Assembly (NCBI GenBank): GCA_045122255.1
Contig: JBGVHJ010000019.1
Span: 2,345-66,344, forward strand
DNA: 64,000 nt
Reading direction: 5' to 3'
Origin: Eubacteriales bacterium
Lineage (GTDB): Bacteria; Bacillota; Clostridia; Oscillospirales; CAG-272
Positions 17,993 through 27,884 of this stretch are shown one piece after another (within the stretch, counting starts at the first letter, position 1; every line of letters starts with the position of its first letter). Below the pieces are notes generated by a model that was not told where the DNA came from, did not search any database, and saw nothing but the letters and a program-made list of their open reading frames with translations. The translations under genes were made by a program, and so were the position numbers.

Positions 17993-18601
17993 TTAAAGCT
18001 TGATGTCAGCACACTCTGCGATAGCGCGCCAAAGCTCCTGCTTGCCCTCTCCCTTAAGCGAGGAGAAGGGGATTATGGGAGTGCCCTCTGCGATAAGGGG
18101 GTCTCCGGATATCTTTTCTATGCAAGCGGCTCTGTCGGTCTTGTTCAGCTTGTCTATCTTGGTGATGACGATTATGTATGGAATGTTCGTGTTGTTCATA
18201 TAGTCGATCATCATGGCATCGTCCTTGGTGATGCATGCGCGGCTGTCAATGAGCTGGACTACGCCGCGTACGAGATCGATGTTTTTGTTTTGAGTAAAAT
18301 ATCCGTCGGTAAGGCTTGACCACTGCTGCTTGTTATCGTGGTTTCTCGCGGCGAAGCCGTAGCCGGGAAGGTCAACGAGAAAGAGCTTTTTATCTACCTC
18401 ATAGAAGTTGACGGTTATGGTCTTACCGGGGGTTGCGGATACTCTCGCAAGGCTCTTTCTGCCGAGAAGAGTATTGATAAGCGAGCTTTTGCCGACGTTT
18501 GAGCGTCCCGAAAGCGCGACCTGAGGGATCGGGTCGGTGGGAAACTGGCTGGCAAAGCCTGCGGTCATCTTTAAGTTTACGTTTTGTGTATTAAGTCCCA
18601 T
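17993..18601 (-). CDS. engB: ribosome biogenesis GTPase YsxC/EngB
   Basis: GRSNVGKSSLIN (G1), DLPGYG (G3), TKIDK (G4). Sits immediately downstream of lon, with both genes on the minus strand. Confidence 0.9.
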   Translation of the reverse strand: MGLNTQNVNLKMTAGFASQFPTDPIPQVALSGRSNVGKSSLINTLLGRKSLARVSATPGKTITVNFYEVDKKLFLVDLPGYGFAARNHDNKQQWSSLTDGYFTQNKNIDLVRGVVQLIDSRACITKDDAMMIDYMNNTNIPYIIVITKIDKLNKTDRAACIEKISGDPLIAEGTPIIPFSSLKGEGKQELWRAIAECADIKL

Positions 18602-18630
18602 AATTTACCTTTCAAATGGTAGGTTAAGTA

Positions 18631-21060
18631 TTATTTTTCGGATTTTGCGCGTCTCTCTGCGGGAGCCTTCGAGGTGTTGGAGGTTATCACAACGTCCTCT
18701 ACTGTGGCCGGAGCAGCCTTTTTCGCTGCGGCGGCATTCTCTCTTACAAGAGCGTTTGAGAGCACCTCGTGTGCGCGACTGCAGGGAATAAAGGTCACGT
18801 TTTCGCGGACGACGGGATCGACCTCGTGGAGATCCTTGAGGTTGTCGGCGGGGATGATTATGGTGCGCACGCCTGCGCTGTAAGCCGCCATGGTCTTTTC
18901 GCGGAGTCCGCCGATGGGGAGGACGTTGCCGCGGATAGTGATCTCGCCGGTCATAGAAAGATCGCGACGGACGGGAATGCCCGAAAGGGCGCTGATCAGT
19001 GCCGTCAGCGTGGTTATACCTGCCGAAGGACCGTCCTTGGGAACGGCGCCCTCGGGGAAGTGGATATGTATATCCTTTTTAGCGTAGAAATCGGGAGATA
19101 TGCCGTATTCGGAGGCAACCTGACGGGCGTAGGTGATAGCCGCGTGAGCAGATTCCTTCATAACGTCGCCGAGAGAGCCGGTAAGCTCAAGCTTGCCAGT
19201 ACCCTCCATAATAGCGCACTCGACCTTGAGAAGATCGCCGCCCGACTGGGTGTATGCCATACCGTTTACAACGCCAACCTCGTCAAATTGCGAGATAAGC
19301 TCGGGAAGTATCTTCTTGGGACCCAAAAATTCCTTGAGATCGTCGGGTGTTACGGTGACTTTTGCGACACCCTCCTCGATGATCTTCTTTGCCGCCTTAC
19401 GGCAGATAGCCGCAAGCTCTCTTTCAAGATTACGGACACCGGATTCACGGGTATAGCAATCGATAACGTCGGAGAGCGCCGCGTCGGTTATTTTCAGCGT
19501 GCGCTTGGTGAGTCCGTGGCGCTTCAGCTGCTTGGGAATAAGGTGATTCTTTGCAATACCGGTCTTCTGACTCTTGGTGTAGGTGTGGAGCTCGATTATC
19601 TCCATACGGTCGATAAGGGGGCGGGGAACCGTGTCAAGAGTATTTGCGGTTGCGATGAATATGCAATCGGAAAGATCGAAGGGAAGCTCAACGAAGTGAT
19701 CGCGGAAGAATTTATTCTGCTCGGGGTCGAGCACCTCAAGCATTGCGCTTGCGGGGTCGCCGCGTCCGTCGTTAGCCATTTTGTCGATCTCATCGAGAAG
19801 TATCAGGGGGTTTTTTACCTTTGCCTGGGTGACAGCCGCCATAATGCGACCGGGCATAGCACCTACGTAGGTCTTTCTGTGACCGCGGATGTCTGCCTCG
19901 TCACGCACACCGCCAAGAGAAACGCGGACGTACTCTCGCTTCATAGCGCGAGCGAGAGAGGAGGCGATGCTGGTCTTACCTACACCGGGAGGGCCGTAGA
20001 GACAGATGATCTGCCCCTTGAGCTCGGGATTGAGCTGCTTTACGGCAAGGTATTCGAGAAGTCTGTCCTTAACGTCCTCGAGTCCTTCGTGGTCGGCATC
20101 GAGTATCTTCTTTGCCGCCTTTACGTCGGTCCTGTCCTTGGTAGCCTTGTTCCAAGGGAGCTCAAGACATACGTCGAGGTAGTTGGAGATGACCGTTGCC
20201 TCGGCGCTTCCGAAGGGGGATCTTGCCAGGCGGTCGTTTTCCTTGAGGAGCTTTTTCTTTACCTCCTCGGAAAGGCCTGCCTTCATTATTCTATCGTGAT
20301 ATTCGTCAACGTCGGAGAGTCCGCCCTCGCCAAGCTCCTCCTGGATCGACTTCATCTCCTCGCGCAGATAGTATTCGCGCTGACCGCGGTTTATTCTCTC
20401 GCGTGTCTTTTTGTGGAGATCGTTCTCGATACGGAGCATCTCGATCTCCTCCTCGGCGATCTCAAGCACCGCCTCGATCCTTTCGTAAGGATCGAAAAGC
20501 GCAAGCACGTCAAGCTTATCCTCGTATTTGACGAAAAGATTGGAGGCTATAACGTCGGCTAAAAGCGCGGGATTCTTTATGGATTTGAAGGTGGGGAGAA
20601 TGTTGCCTGCGGGGGGAGGAAGCAGCTTTGCCATATGAGTTGCCGCATCGGTAAGTCTGCGCAGATACGCTTGATCCTTCAGGGTATGGGTGTCGGGAAG
20701 AGTGACCGTTTTGCAGATGACCTCTGCGGTGTTGTACTTTCCGGTCTTGCGGTAGGACGTTACGATAGCTCTTGACATACCCTCGGAGATGCAGCGCAGA
20801 GTTCTCTCGCCTGCATTTACAAGCTGCTTGATCTTGATAACCGTGCCTACCTCGAAGAGCTTAGGCTCGCCCTCTTCGGGGCTGATAGGAACCGCAACCG
20901 CGTACTTAGAGCCGTCGAATGCCTCGCGGAGCGCGTCGCAGGAACCGAATTCGTTGTCGCCAACCTCGAGATTGATTATCTCGCCGGGGAAGGCTACCGT
21001 TGAGCTCAGCGCCACCACGGGGAGGGAGAGCTTTTCGGCTTTAACTGTATATTCTGACAT
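18631..21060 (-). CDS. lon: ATP-dependent Lon protease
   Basis: Walker [11 protein letters not shown]-terminal protease motif DGPSAGIT. About 809 aa with an N-terminal LON substrate domain. Confidence 0.95.
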   Translation of the reverse strand: MSEYTVKAEKLSLPVVALSSTVAFPGEIINLEVGDNEFGSCDALREAFDGSKYAVAVPISPEEGEPKLFEVGTVIKIKQLVNAGERTLRCISEGMSRAIVTSYRKTGKYNTAEVICKTVTLPDTHTLKDQAYLRRLTDAATHMAKLLPPPAGNILPTFKSIKNPALLADVIASNLFVKYEDKLDVLALFDPYERIEAVLEIAEEEIEMLRIENDLHKKTRERINRGQREYYLREEMKSIQEELGEGGLSDVDEYHDRIMKAGLSEEVKKKLLKENDRLARSPFGSAEATVISNYLDVCLELPWNKATKDRTDVKAAKKILDADHEGLEDVKDRLLEYLAVKQLNPELKGQIICLYGPPGVGKTSIASSLARAMKREYVRVSLGGVRDEADIRGHRKTYVGAMPGRIMAAVTQAKVKNPLILLDEIDKMANDGRGDPASAMLEVLDPEQNKFFRDHFVELPFDLSDCIFIATANTLDTVPRPLIDRMEIIELHTYTKSQKTGIAKNHLIPKQLKRHGLTKRTLKITDAALSDVIDCYTRESGVRNLERELAAICRKAAKKIIEEGVAKVTVTPDDLKEFLGPKKILPELISQFDEVGVVNGMAYTQSGGDLLKVECAIMEGTGKLELTGSLGDVMKESAHAAITYARQVASEYGISPDFYAKKDIHIHFPEGAVPKDGPSAGITTLTALISALSGIPVRRDLSMTGEITIRGNVLPIGGLREKTMAAYSAGVRTIIIPADNLKDLHEVDPVVRENVTFIPCSRAHEVLSNALVRENAAAAKKAAPATVEDVVITSNTSKAPAERRAKSEK

Positions 21061-21580
21061 TTTTGACCTCGTTTAAACTTTCTTGAATTAAATTTCTATA
21101 TTTTATCCTTGGCAAAGCTCTGTCAAGGAGAAATTTTACATAGTTATTTTTTATTATACCATATTTTTTTGAAAAAAGCCATATATTTTAAAGAATTTTT
21201 ACAATTTTATTATATATTTGAAAAAGCTTGGCGGATCGCGGACGGGGCGGATATTTACTACGACATACCCGTGTATCCAAAATGCACAAAAAGGACTACG
21301 ACAAACGGGGACAATTTTCTAACTGTTATCTTTTTTGACGAAAATTTTGCCGAAAAATCGTACAAAATGGATATTTACAAATCGCCGCAAAAGGTGTATA
21401 ATATAGTCCCGAGTAAAGAACCGATCCGCGTCGGGACTTTATTTTCCTGCACAACGTGTGTGTTTTCTGCGAAATATCAATCTTATGATATCGAGCCGCA
21501 ATGAAAAGACATGTTGTGCTTTCTTTATTTATGAAAATGCGGAATTTTTCAAAAAAATCGAAAAAAATTCAAAAAACCTA

Positions 21581-21609
21581 TTGACAAAGGTGTTTTGTTG
21601 TGCTATAAT
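21581..21609 (+). promoter_or_regulatory. consensus sigma-A promoter of the infC-rpmI-rplT operon
   Basis: TTGACA (21581-21586), a 17-nt spacer, then TATAAT (21604-21609). Three A-tracts phased about 10 nt apart (21551-21576) precede it and could act as an UP element. Confidence 0.75.
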
Positions 21610-21615
21610 ATGCAG

Positions 21616-21748
21616 GCAAATAAAGAGAAGTTCCGCTTCCACCGTGCCGCAAGGTGAGCATCGGTCAATAGTAAAACCCTTTAGGTGTAAAGGGAAACCG
21701 TATAAATACGGTAGCTATGCGCGGAACGGAAACGTTCGGCGTTTTTTT
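21616..21748 (+). promoter_or_regulatory. L20-leader-like transcription attenuator
   Basis: A structured leader of about 130 nt between the promoter and infC. It ends in the hairpin CGCGGAACG-GAAA-CGTTCGGCG (21720-21741) plus T7. Its position matches the Firmicute L20 leader upstream of infC. Confidence 0.55.
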
Positions 21749-21804
21749 GTGCCGAAAACCGACAGAGTTATAAAACATACATTTTATAAATGGAGGTGTT
21801 ACCC

Positions 21805-22341
21805 ATAGCAGCAAACAACACTAAGGATACTCTCACCAATGAAGAGATCAATTTCCCTCAGGTAAGAGTTATCGGCTCCGACGGAGAACAGCTTGGAATC
21901 ATGAGCTCCGACCAGGCGCTCAAGATGGCATACGATAAGGGTCTCGACCTTTGCCTTATGTCGGCTCAGGCAAATCCCCCCGTCTGCAAGATCATGGACT
22001 TTGGAAAGTTCCGCTTTGAGCGCGAGAAGCGCGAGAAGGAAGCAAAGAAGAAGCAGCAGGTAGTTGAGCTCAAGGAGATCCAGCTCTCTCCCAGAATCGA
22101 CACTCACGACTTTGAAACTAAGGCTAAGCAGGCGCGTAAGTTCCTCGAGTCCGGAAACAAGGTTCGCGTGGTTATGAGATTCCGCGGACGTGAGATGAGC
22201 CATATGGCTATCGGACGTGAGATCATCGACAAGTTCGCAGATATCTGCTCCGAGGTAGGAACAGTAGATAAAAAGCCCGCGGTTGACGGCCGTATCATGA
22301 GTATGGTCATCAATCCTTTAAACACCAAATCGTCAAAATAA
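21805..22341 (+). CDS. infC: translation initiation factor IF-3, probable non-AUG (AUA) start
   Basis: EEINFPQVRVIGSDGEQLGI...KIMDFGKFRFE pattern. The SD GGAGGTG at 21792-21798 overlaps the only in-frame ATG (21790). ATA at 21805 lies 6 nt after the SD. Confidence 0.85.
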   Translation: MAANNTKDTLTNEEINFPQVRVIGSDGEQLGIMSSDQALKMAYDKGLDLCLMSAQANPPVCKIMDFGKFRFEREKREKEAKKKQQVVELKEIQLSPRIDTHDFETKAKQARKFLESGNKVRVVMRFRGREMSHMAIGREIIDKFADICSEVGTVDKKPAVDGRIMSMVINPLNTKSSK

Positions 22342-22377
22342 TATTTTGAATATTTTTAGTATAAGGAGAATATAAAA

Positions 22378-22572
22378 ATGGGAAAAGTCAAGACACATAA
22401 GGCTTCTGCCAAGAGATTTTCGGTTACCGGTACCGGCAAGGTTAAAATGAACCACTGCCACCACCGCCACAACTTGGGTCTTAAGACTCAGAAGAGAAAG
22501 AGACACCTTCGTTCCGGTGCTATCATGAGCGAGGCTATGGCTCCTAACATCAGAGTTCTCATCCAGAAGTAA
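22378..22572 (+). CDS. rpmI: 50S ribosomal protein L35
   Basis: MGKVKTHKASAKRF...; 64 aa; operon position. Confidence 0.95.
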   Translation: MGKVKTHKASAKRFSVTGTGKVKMNHCHHRHNLGLKTQKRKRHLRSGAIMSEAMAPNIRVLIQK

Positions 22573-22607
22573 TTTGACAAAGTAATCGAGAAAGGAAATA
22601 GTGAAAA

Positions 22608-22961
22608 ATGGCAAGAGTTAAGGGCGCTATGATGACGCGCAAGAGAAGAAAGAAGATATTGAAGGCAGCGAAGGGCTATTGGGGCGCTAAGTCCAAGCAC
22701 TTCAAGATGGCTAAGCAGGCCGTACTTAAGAGCGGAAACTACGCTTTCGCTGGCCGTAAGCAGAAGAAGAGAGATATGAGAAGACTCTGGATCACCAGAA
22801 TCAGCGCTCAGGCAAAGGTTTGCGGAATGAACTATTCCACCTTTATGAACGGTCTCAAGAAGGCAAACATCAACCTCAACAGAAAGATGCTTGCAGAGGT
22901 TGCAGTATCCGATAAGGCAGCTTTCGCAGCTCTCGTAGAGCAGGCAAAGGCAGCTCTCTGA
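22608..22961 (+). CDS. rplT: 50S ribosomal protein L20
   Basis: [29 protein letters not shown]...; 117 aa. Confidence 0.95.
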   Translation: MARVKGAMMTRKRRKKILKAAKGYWGAKSKHFKMAKQAVLKSGNYAFAGRKQKKRDMRRLWITRISAQAKVCGMNYSTFMNGLKKANINLNRKMLAEVAVSDKAAFAALVEQAKAAL

Positions 22962-22976
22962 TCTAACTGAATACAA

Positions 22977-23005
22977 AACCCGGTAATAATATTACTGGGT
23001 TTTTG
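22977..23005 (+). terminator. intrinsic terminator of the rplT operon
   Basis: AACCCGGTAATA/TATTACTGGGTT hairpin followed by TTTTT. Confidence 0.75.
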
Positions 23006-23134
23006 TCATAGATAGGGATAAATATATTTTTGCCAAAGGAGCAAAAAAGAGCCCGAATATCAGACAAAAACACCCATTTTTGGAGTATTTTGGGCGAATT
23101 TTTAACAAAGGAGGCAGACGTAACCGTGGGATAT

Positions 23135-23971
23135 ATGAGAGAAGTAATTACGTCACCGCAGAATAAATACGTCAGCCTCGCCAGAGGTCTGGCAAACAAA
23201 AAGAACAGAGAAAAAGAAAAATTATTCCGATTCGACGGTATAAAATTGATGTGTGAGGCTATAAAAAGAGGTGTCGCGATCGACTTTATACTGGCGTCGG
23301 AGAGCGAGTGGAGCGCGGTTCTTGAAAAGGCTGAAAAGCTTTACTCCATAAGCGAAAGAGACATAAATTGCAATGTTATTTTCGTATCGGACAGCGTTTT
23401 TGAGAGGCTTAGCGACGAGATGGCGCCCGAGGGTGTGATCTGCGTTGCGAAATATGCCGAAAACGTTAAGGAGATCACCGATATAGCTGAGCTTTCGGGC
23501 GTCGGAAATGATGAAAAGGTGCTGCTTTTGGAGTCGGTGAGAGACCCCTCGAATATAGGCGCGATATTGCGCGTTGCCGCGGCGTTCGGAGTTGATATGC
23601 TGGTCGTAAGCCGCGATTGTGCCGACGTTTACAATCCTAAGACTCTGCGCGCATCTATGGGCGCTATGTTCGGATTGCAGGTATGCAAGGTCGATTCGAT
23701 ACCCGATGCCGTAGCCGTTCTTCGTAAGGGGGGCAGGCGCGTGTTTGCGGCGGCTCTTGACCGTGATGCGGTCAAGCTCGGAGAGCTCAAAACAAAGCAG
23801 GGAGACTGCGTTATTATCGGCAATGAGGGGCACGGTCTTACGGCTGAGGCGATCGCGGCTTGCGACGGAACGGTATTTATTCCTATGTCCGACGGAGTCG
23901 AGTCGCTTAACGCGGCAACGGCGGCGGCGGTGCTTGTCTGGGAATTCTTCGGTAAAGGAGGAGCAGTCTGA
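23135..23971 (+). CDS. TrmH/SpoU-family RNA 2'-O-methyltransferase
   Basis: SpoU motifs (DPSNIGAILRVAAAFG, IIGNEGHGL, ESLNAATAAAV). The start is uncertain: ATG 23135, GTG 23126 and ATG 23030 are all in frame. Confidence 0.8.
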   Translation: MREVITSPQNKYVSLARGLANKKNREKEKLFRFDGIKLMCEAIKRGVAIDFILASESEWSAVLEKAEKLYSISERDINCNVIFVSDSVFERLSDEMAPEGVICVAKYAENVKEITDIAELSGVGNDEKVLLLESVRDPSNIGAILRVAAAFGVDMLVVSRDCADVYNPKTLRASMGAMFGLQVCKVDSIPDAVAVLRKGGRRVFAAALDRDAVKLGELKTKQGDCVIIGNEGHGLTAEAIAACDGTVFIPMSDGVESLNAATAAAVLVWEFFGKGGAV

Positions 23972-25350
23972 TGAATAGCTTTTTGAAATGGATATGGCTT
24001 GCCGAAAAGTGCGGAGCGGGTAGCTCCGACGTGCTTAAGCTGGTTGAAAAGATCGGCTCGATAGAGGATATCTATGCCGCGGATTACGATAGATATTCCT
24101 CCTTAGGTCTTGGTGAAAGACTTTGTGAGGAGCTCTGCGACAAGGATACGGGCAAGGCGGAAAAGATAGTTAAATACTGTCAGATGGCGAGAGTCGGTAT
24201 ACTGACCTACGAATCAAGCGAATATCCCGTCAGTCTGCGCTCACTGAAAAATCCTCCCGCCGTGCTTTACTATCTTGGAAATCTGCCCGATTTCAACAAG
24301 AGCCTTTGTATAGCCGTAGTCGGTACAAGGACCATGAGTGAATACGGAATGAAGGCGGCGTATAAAATAGCTTACGAGGTTGCATCCTCGGGCGCGGTGG
24401 TGGTCAGCGGTATGGCGCTGGGCATCGACGGTATCGCCTCCTGCGCGGCAATTGCGGCAAGAGGCAAAACGGTTGCGGTGCTGGGATGCGGCATTGAGAT
24501 AGCATACCCCAAGGAGCATAAGAAGCTCCGTGATATAATCAGACAAAACGGCGCGGTGATCACCGAGTTTGCACCCGGAACCGAGCCTAGAGGAATGAAT
24601 TTCCCCATAAGAAACAGAATAATCAGTGGACTTTGTCAGGGCACCGTCGTAGTCGATGCCGATAAGAACAGCGGCTCGATGATAACCGCAAAGAACGCAA
24701 TATTGCAGGGCAGAGACGTTTACGCTGTGCCCGCCAACATCGATTCCGAGAACTCCTCGGGAACAAATTCTCTCATCCGTGACGGAGCGCAGGCGGTGCT
24801 TTGCGGCAACGATATCATACGCAATTATATGTATATCTACCGCGACCGTCTCAACGTTATGAAAATGGTGAATGCCGAAAAGCATTCGGAATTCGATCCG
24901 GATGCGGTAAGAAATATGGGCGTCGCGCTGAAGATACGTCCCAAGGAAGAGGCGAAGGACGATAAGCTTTCTGCGGTCACGAGAAGTGAAAGGGGAAGAA
25001 GAAATACTTCCGCAGAGGAAAGCTCGGCGAATGATATGCCTAAGTTCAAGCCTCTGCCCAAGGTTGCTCCTAAAAAACAGAGCGAGCCTACCGAGAAAAA
25101 GGCAGAGCGGGTTGAAGAGCCTTCCGTGACTCCTCAAAGAGCAGGCGGAGACGATTCGGCAAGGATACTCGAAAAATTAAGCGAAAAGCAGAGAAGGATA
25201 TTCGACGAGATGCCCCTCGACAGAGCGGTGACCGTGGATTATCTGACCAAGACGGGCTTTGCTCTCGGTGAGGTCATTTCGGCACTTACGGTGCTTGAAA
25301 TAAAGGGACTTGTGTCCTCTCTTCCCGGAGCACTTTACATCAGAAAGTAA
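23971..25350 (+). CDS. dprA: DNA-processing protein DprA with an extended linker
   Basis: Rossmann-like core (VVGTRTMSEYG...VVSGMALGIDG...GCGIEIAYPKEH). A charged linker of about 100 aa, then a C-terminal winged-helix-like tail (VISALTVLEIKGLV). Confidence 0.88.
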   Translation: MNSFLKWIWLAEKCGAGSSDVLKLVEKIGSIEDIYAADYDRYSSLGLGERLCEELCDKDTGKAEKIVKYCQMARVGILTYESSEYPVSLRSLKNPPAVLYYLGNLPDFNKSLCIAVVGTRTMSEYGMKAAYKIAYEVASSGAVVVSGMALGIDGIASCAAIAARGKTVAVLGCGIEIAYPKEHKKLRDIIRQNGAVITEFAPGTEPRGMNFPIRNRIISGLCQGTVVVDADKNSGSMITAKNAILQGRDVYAVPANIDSENSSGTNSLIRDGAQAVLCGNDIIRNYMYIYRDRLNVMKMVNAEKHSEFDPDAVRNMGVALKIRPKEEAKDDKLSAVTRSERGRRNTSAEESSANDMPKFKPLPKVAPKKQSEPTEKKAERVEEPSVTPQRAGGDDSARILEKLSEKQRRIFDEMPLDRAVTVDYLTKTGFALGEVISALTVLEIKGLVSSLPGALYIRK

Positions 25351-25550
25351 TTTAACGCTGCGAATTTTTCCGATAACGTCGTTGTTCCTCAAAAGCAGCT
25401 CGACGCAGAAAAGCTGCGCCGTCGCTTTGCTTTCTGATGTACGCCTTGTTCTCGGAAAAAATTCTTGGTTAAATCTTATAAATCACAAAATTTGAAAAAA
25501 TTCATTTCGAAGAAATTGAGAAATTGTTTGAAAGGATATATATACGTTAA

Positions 25551-27875
25551 ATGGCAAATCTTGTAATCATGGAGTCACCCTCCAAGGCAAACACAGTAAA
25601 GAGCTATCTCGGCTCAAACTATAAGGTAATTGCATCGGTCGGACACGTTCGCGACCTGCCCAAGTCCTCCCTGGGAGTTGATATTGAGAACAACTTTGAG
25701 GCTCATTATATCAACATCCGCGGCAAGGGCGACATCATCAAGGAGATCAAGAAGGAAGCGAAGAACGCAAACAAGATCTTCCTCGCAACCGACCCTGACC
25801 GCGAAGGCGAAGCTATTTCCTGGCATCTTGCTACCGCTCTCGGTATTCCGCTTGAAAAAACTCAGAGAGTCACCTTCAACGAGATCACCAAGAATGTGGT
25901 AAAGGCGGCTATCAAAAAGCCCAGAAACATCGATATGAGCCTTGTAGACGCTCAGCAGGCAAGAAGAATTCTTGACAGAATCGTAGGCTACAAGATCTCC
26001 CCTCTGCTCTGGAAAAACGTCAAGAGCGGTCTGAGCGCGGGACGCGTTCAGTCTGTTGCAACGAGAATAATCGTTGAAAGAGAAGAGGAGATCAAGAGCT
26101 TCATTCCCGAGGAGTATTGGACCATTGAGGTCACTCTTGTTACCGAGGATGGAAGAAGCGTTACCTTGAAGTTCTTCGGAGATGAAAACGGCAAGGTAGA
26201 GCTTGGCTGCGAAAATGACGCTATGGCGGTTGTTAACGCGATAGCTGGCAAGAGCTTCTCTGTAAAGTCGGTAAAGCGTTCGGTTCGTCACAAGACCCCC
26301 GCCCCCCCCTTCACCACCTCCACTCTTCAGCAGGACGGATACAGAAAGCTTGGCTTCCAGTCTCAGAGAGTTATGAGAACCGCGCAGGAGCTTTACGAGG
26401 GTATCAATATCGGAAGCGAGAACGGCGGAATGCAGGGTCTTATCACCTACATGCGTACCGACTCTCTCCGTGTTTCCGCAGAGGCTCAGGACGCGGCAAG
26501 AGCTTATATTGCCGATAAGTTCGGTGATAAGTACAACACCGCAGAGCCCAGAGTTTTCAAGTCCAAGTCGGGAATTCAGGACGCGCACGAGGCTATTCGT
26601 CCCTCTAACGTTGCTCTTGAGCCCAAGAAGATAAAGTCTTATCTTACCAATGATCAGTACAAGCTCTACAAGCTTATCTGGGACAGATTCGTTGCAAGCC
26701 AGATGGAATCCGCAGAGCTTGCTACCCTCAACGTTGAGGTAGAATCTTCGGGTTATCTCTTCCGCACCGGCGGATACACCGTAACCTTCCCCGGATATAT
26801 GGCAGTGTATGAGGAGGTCTCCGACGACAGTGCCGCTGAGGGTGAGGAGCAGAAGAACGCCAAGATCCCCGAGATGGTTGAGGGCGAGACTTTCAAGCCC
26901 GAAAGCATCGATCCCGCTAAGCATTTCACTAAGGCGCCCCCCAGATTTGACGACGGCTCGCTCGTTAAGTTCCTTGAGGAAAAGGGCATCGGACGCCCCA
27001 GTACCTTCGAGTCCACTATAACCACGATCACCGCAAGAAACTACGTTAAGAGAGATGCAAAGAGCAAGACTCTCATTCCCACGCCTCTCGGTGAGATCAC
27101 TACCAAGCTTATGAAGGAGAACTTTGACAGCATCGTAGACTACGAGTTCACCGCGGAGATGGAAAATAAGCTTGATGCTATCGAAAAGAATGAGCAGTCT
27201 CTTACGGGAGTTCTCGGAGATTTCTGGGGCGACTTCTCAAAGCAGCTTGAGGTTGCTACCGAAAAGCTTGCCGAGGCAAATATCGAGCTTCCCGTTGAGG
27301 AGACCGACATCAAGTGCGAAAAGTGCGGCAGCATGATGGTAGTAAAGAACGGACGCTTCGGCAAGTTTGCCGCATGTCCCAACTATCCCAGATGCCGTAA
27401 CACCAAGCCCCTGACCGAGACCAATCCCGCGGATGCGCAGGAAACCGAGGTTGCAGAGGAAAAGAAGGAAAACGCAAAGAAGCCTCTTGAGATCGCTGAT
27501 TTCAAGTGCGAAAAGTGCGGCGCGGATATGGTGCTTCGCACAGGTAAATTCGGAAGCTTCTACGCTTGCGCAAACTACCCCGCTTGCAGAAATACAAAGC
27601 AGAAGACCAAGGATATCGGCGTGCCCTGCCCCGAGTGCGGCGCGAAGATAGTAACAAGATACAGCAGAAGCAGAACGGCTTTCTACGGTTGTGAGAGATA
27701 TCCCGAGTGCAAGTTCTCCTCTTGGGATCTTCCTATGGAGAAGAAGTGCCCCGAGTGCGGCAAGAATCTCTTCCACAAGAAGGGCAAGCCCCAGCTTGTT
27801 TGCCACGACGAAAGCTGCGGATACACCGAGCCCTACACCGCTCCCGATAAGAGCGAGGACGGCGAGGAAAACTAA
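25551..27875 (+). CDS. topA: DNA topoisomerase I
   Basis: TOPRIM start (LVIMESPSKA...ATDPDREGE), active-site region ITYMRTDS, and four C-terminal C4 zinc ribbons. Confidence 0.95.
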   Translation: MANLVIMESPSKANTVKSYLGSNYKVIASVGHVRDLPKSSLGVDIENNFEAHYINIRGKGDIIKEIKKEAKNANKIFLATDPDREGEAISWHLATALGIPLEKTQRVTFNEITKNVVKAAIKKPRNIDMSLVDAQQARRILDRIVGYKISPLLWKNVKSGLSAGRVQSVATRIIVEREEEIKSFIPEEYWTIEVTLVTEDGRSVTLKFFGDENGKVELGCENDAMAVVNAIAGKSFSVKSVKRSVRHKTPAPPFTTSTLQQDGYRKLGFQSQRVMRTAQELYEGINIGSENGGMQGLITYMRTDSLRVSAEAQDAARAYIADKFGDKYNTAEPRVFKSKSGIQDAHEAIRPSNVALEPKKIKSYLTNDQYKLYKLIWDRFVASQMESAELATLNVEVESSGYLFRTGGYTVTFPGYMAVYEEVSDDSAAEGEEQKNAKIPEMVEGETFKPESIDPAKHFTKAPPRFDDGSLVKFLEEKGIGRPSTFESTITTITARNYVKRDAKSKTLIPTPLGEITTKLMKENFDSIVDYEFTAEMENKLDAIEKNEQSLTGVLGDFWGDFSKQLEVATEKLAEANIELPVEETDIKCEKCGSMMVVKNGRFGKFAACPNYPRCRNTKPLTETNPADAQETEVAEEKKENAKKPLEIADFKCEKCGADMVLRTGKFGSFYACANYPACRNTKQKTKDIGVPCPECGAKIVTRYSRSRTAFYGCERYPECKFSSWDLPMEKKCPECGKNLFHKKGKPQLVCHDESCGYTEPYTAPDKSEDGEEN

Positions 27876-27884
27876 TATTTGACA

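Noticed and set aside
18769-20562. 597-aa ORF antisense to lon
   Set aside because: Same reasoning. The lon sense frame carries all diagnostic motifs, and the antisense product is Gly/Val/Leu-rich with no motifs.
21061-21080. GGTCAAAA upstream of lon as a CtsR operator half-site
   Set aside because: It is a single heptad with no tandem repeat, and it overlaps the lon RBS (GAGG). It is most simply the SD region.
21109-21504. 131-aa ORF in the lon/infC spacer
   Set aside because: It has a TTG start without an SD and AT-rich low-complexity content (poly-Phe/Tyr/Lys/Ile). It overlaps promoter and terminator-like signals. It looks non-coding.
21790-21792. ATG as the infC start (as in the ORF track)
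   Set aside because: This ATG overlaps the Shine-Dalgarno sequence it would need. An AUA 15 nt downstream is correctly spaced and fits known IF3 autoregulation.
25614-26924. 436-aa ORF antisense to topA
   Set aside because: An antisense shadow ORF of a strongly supported gene.
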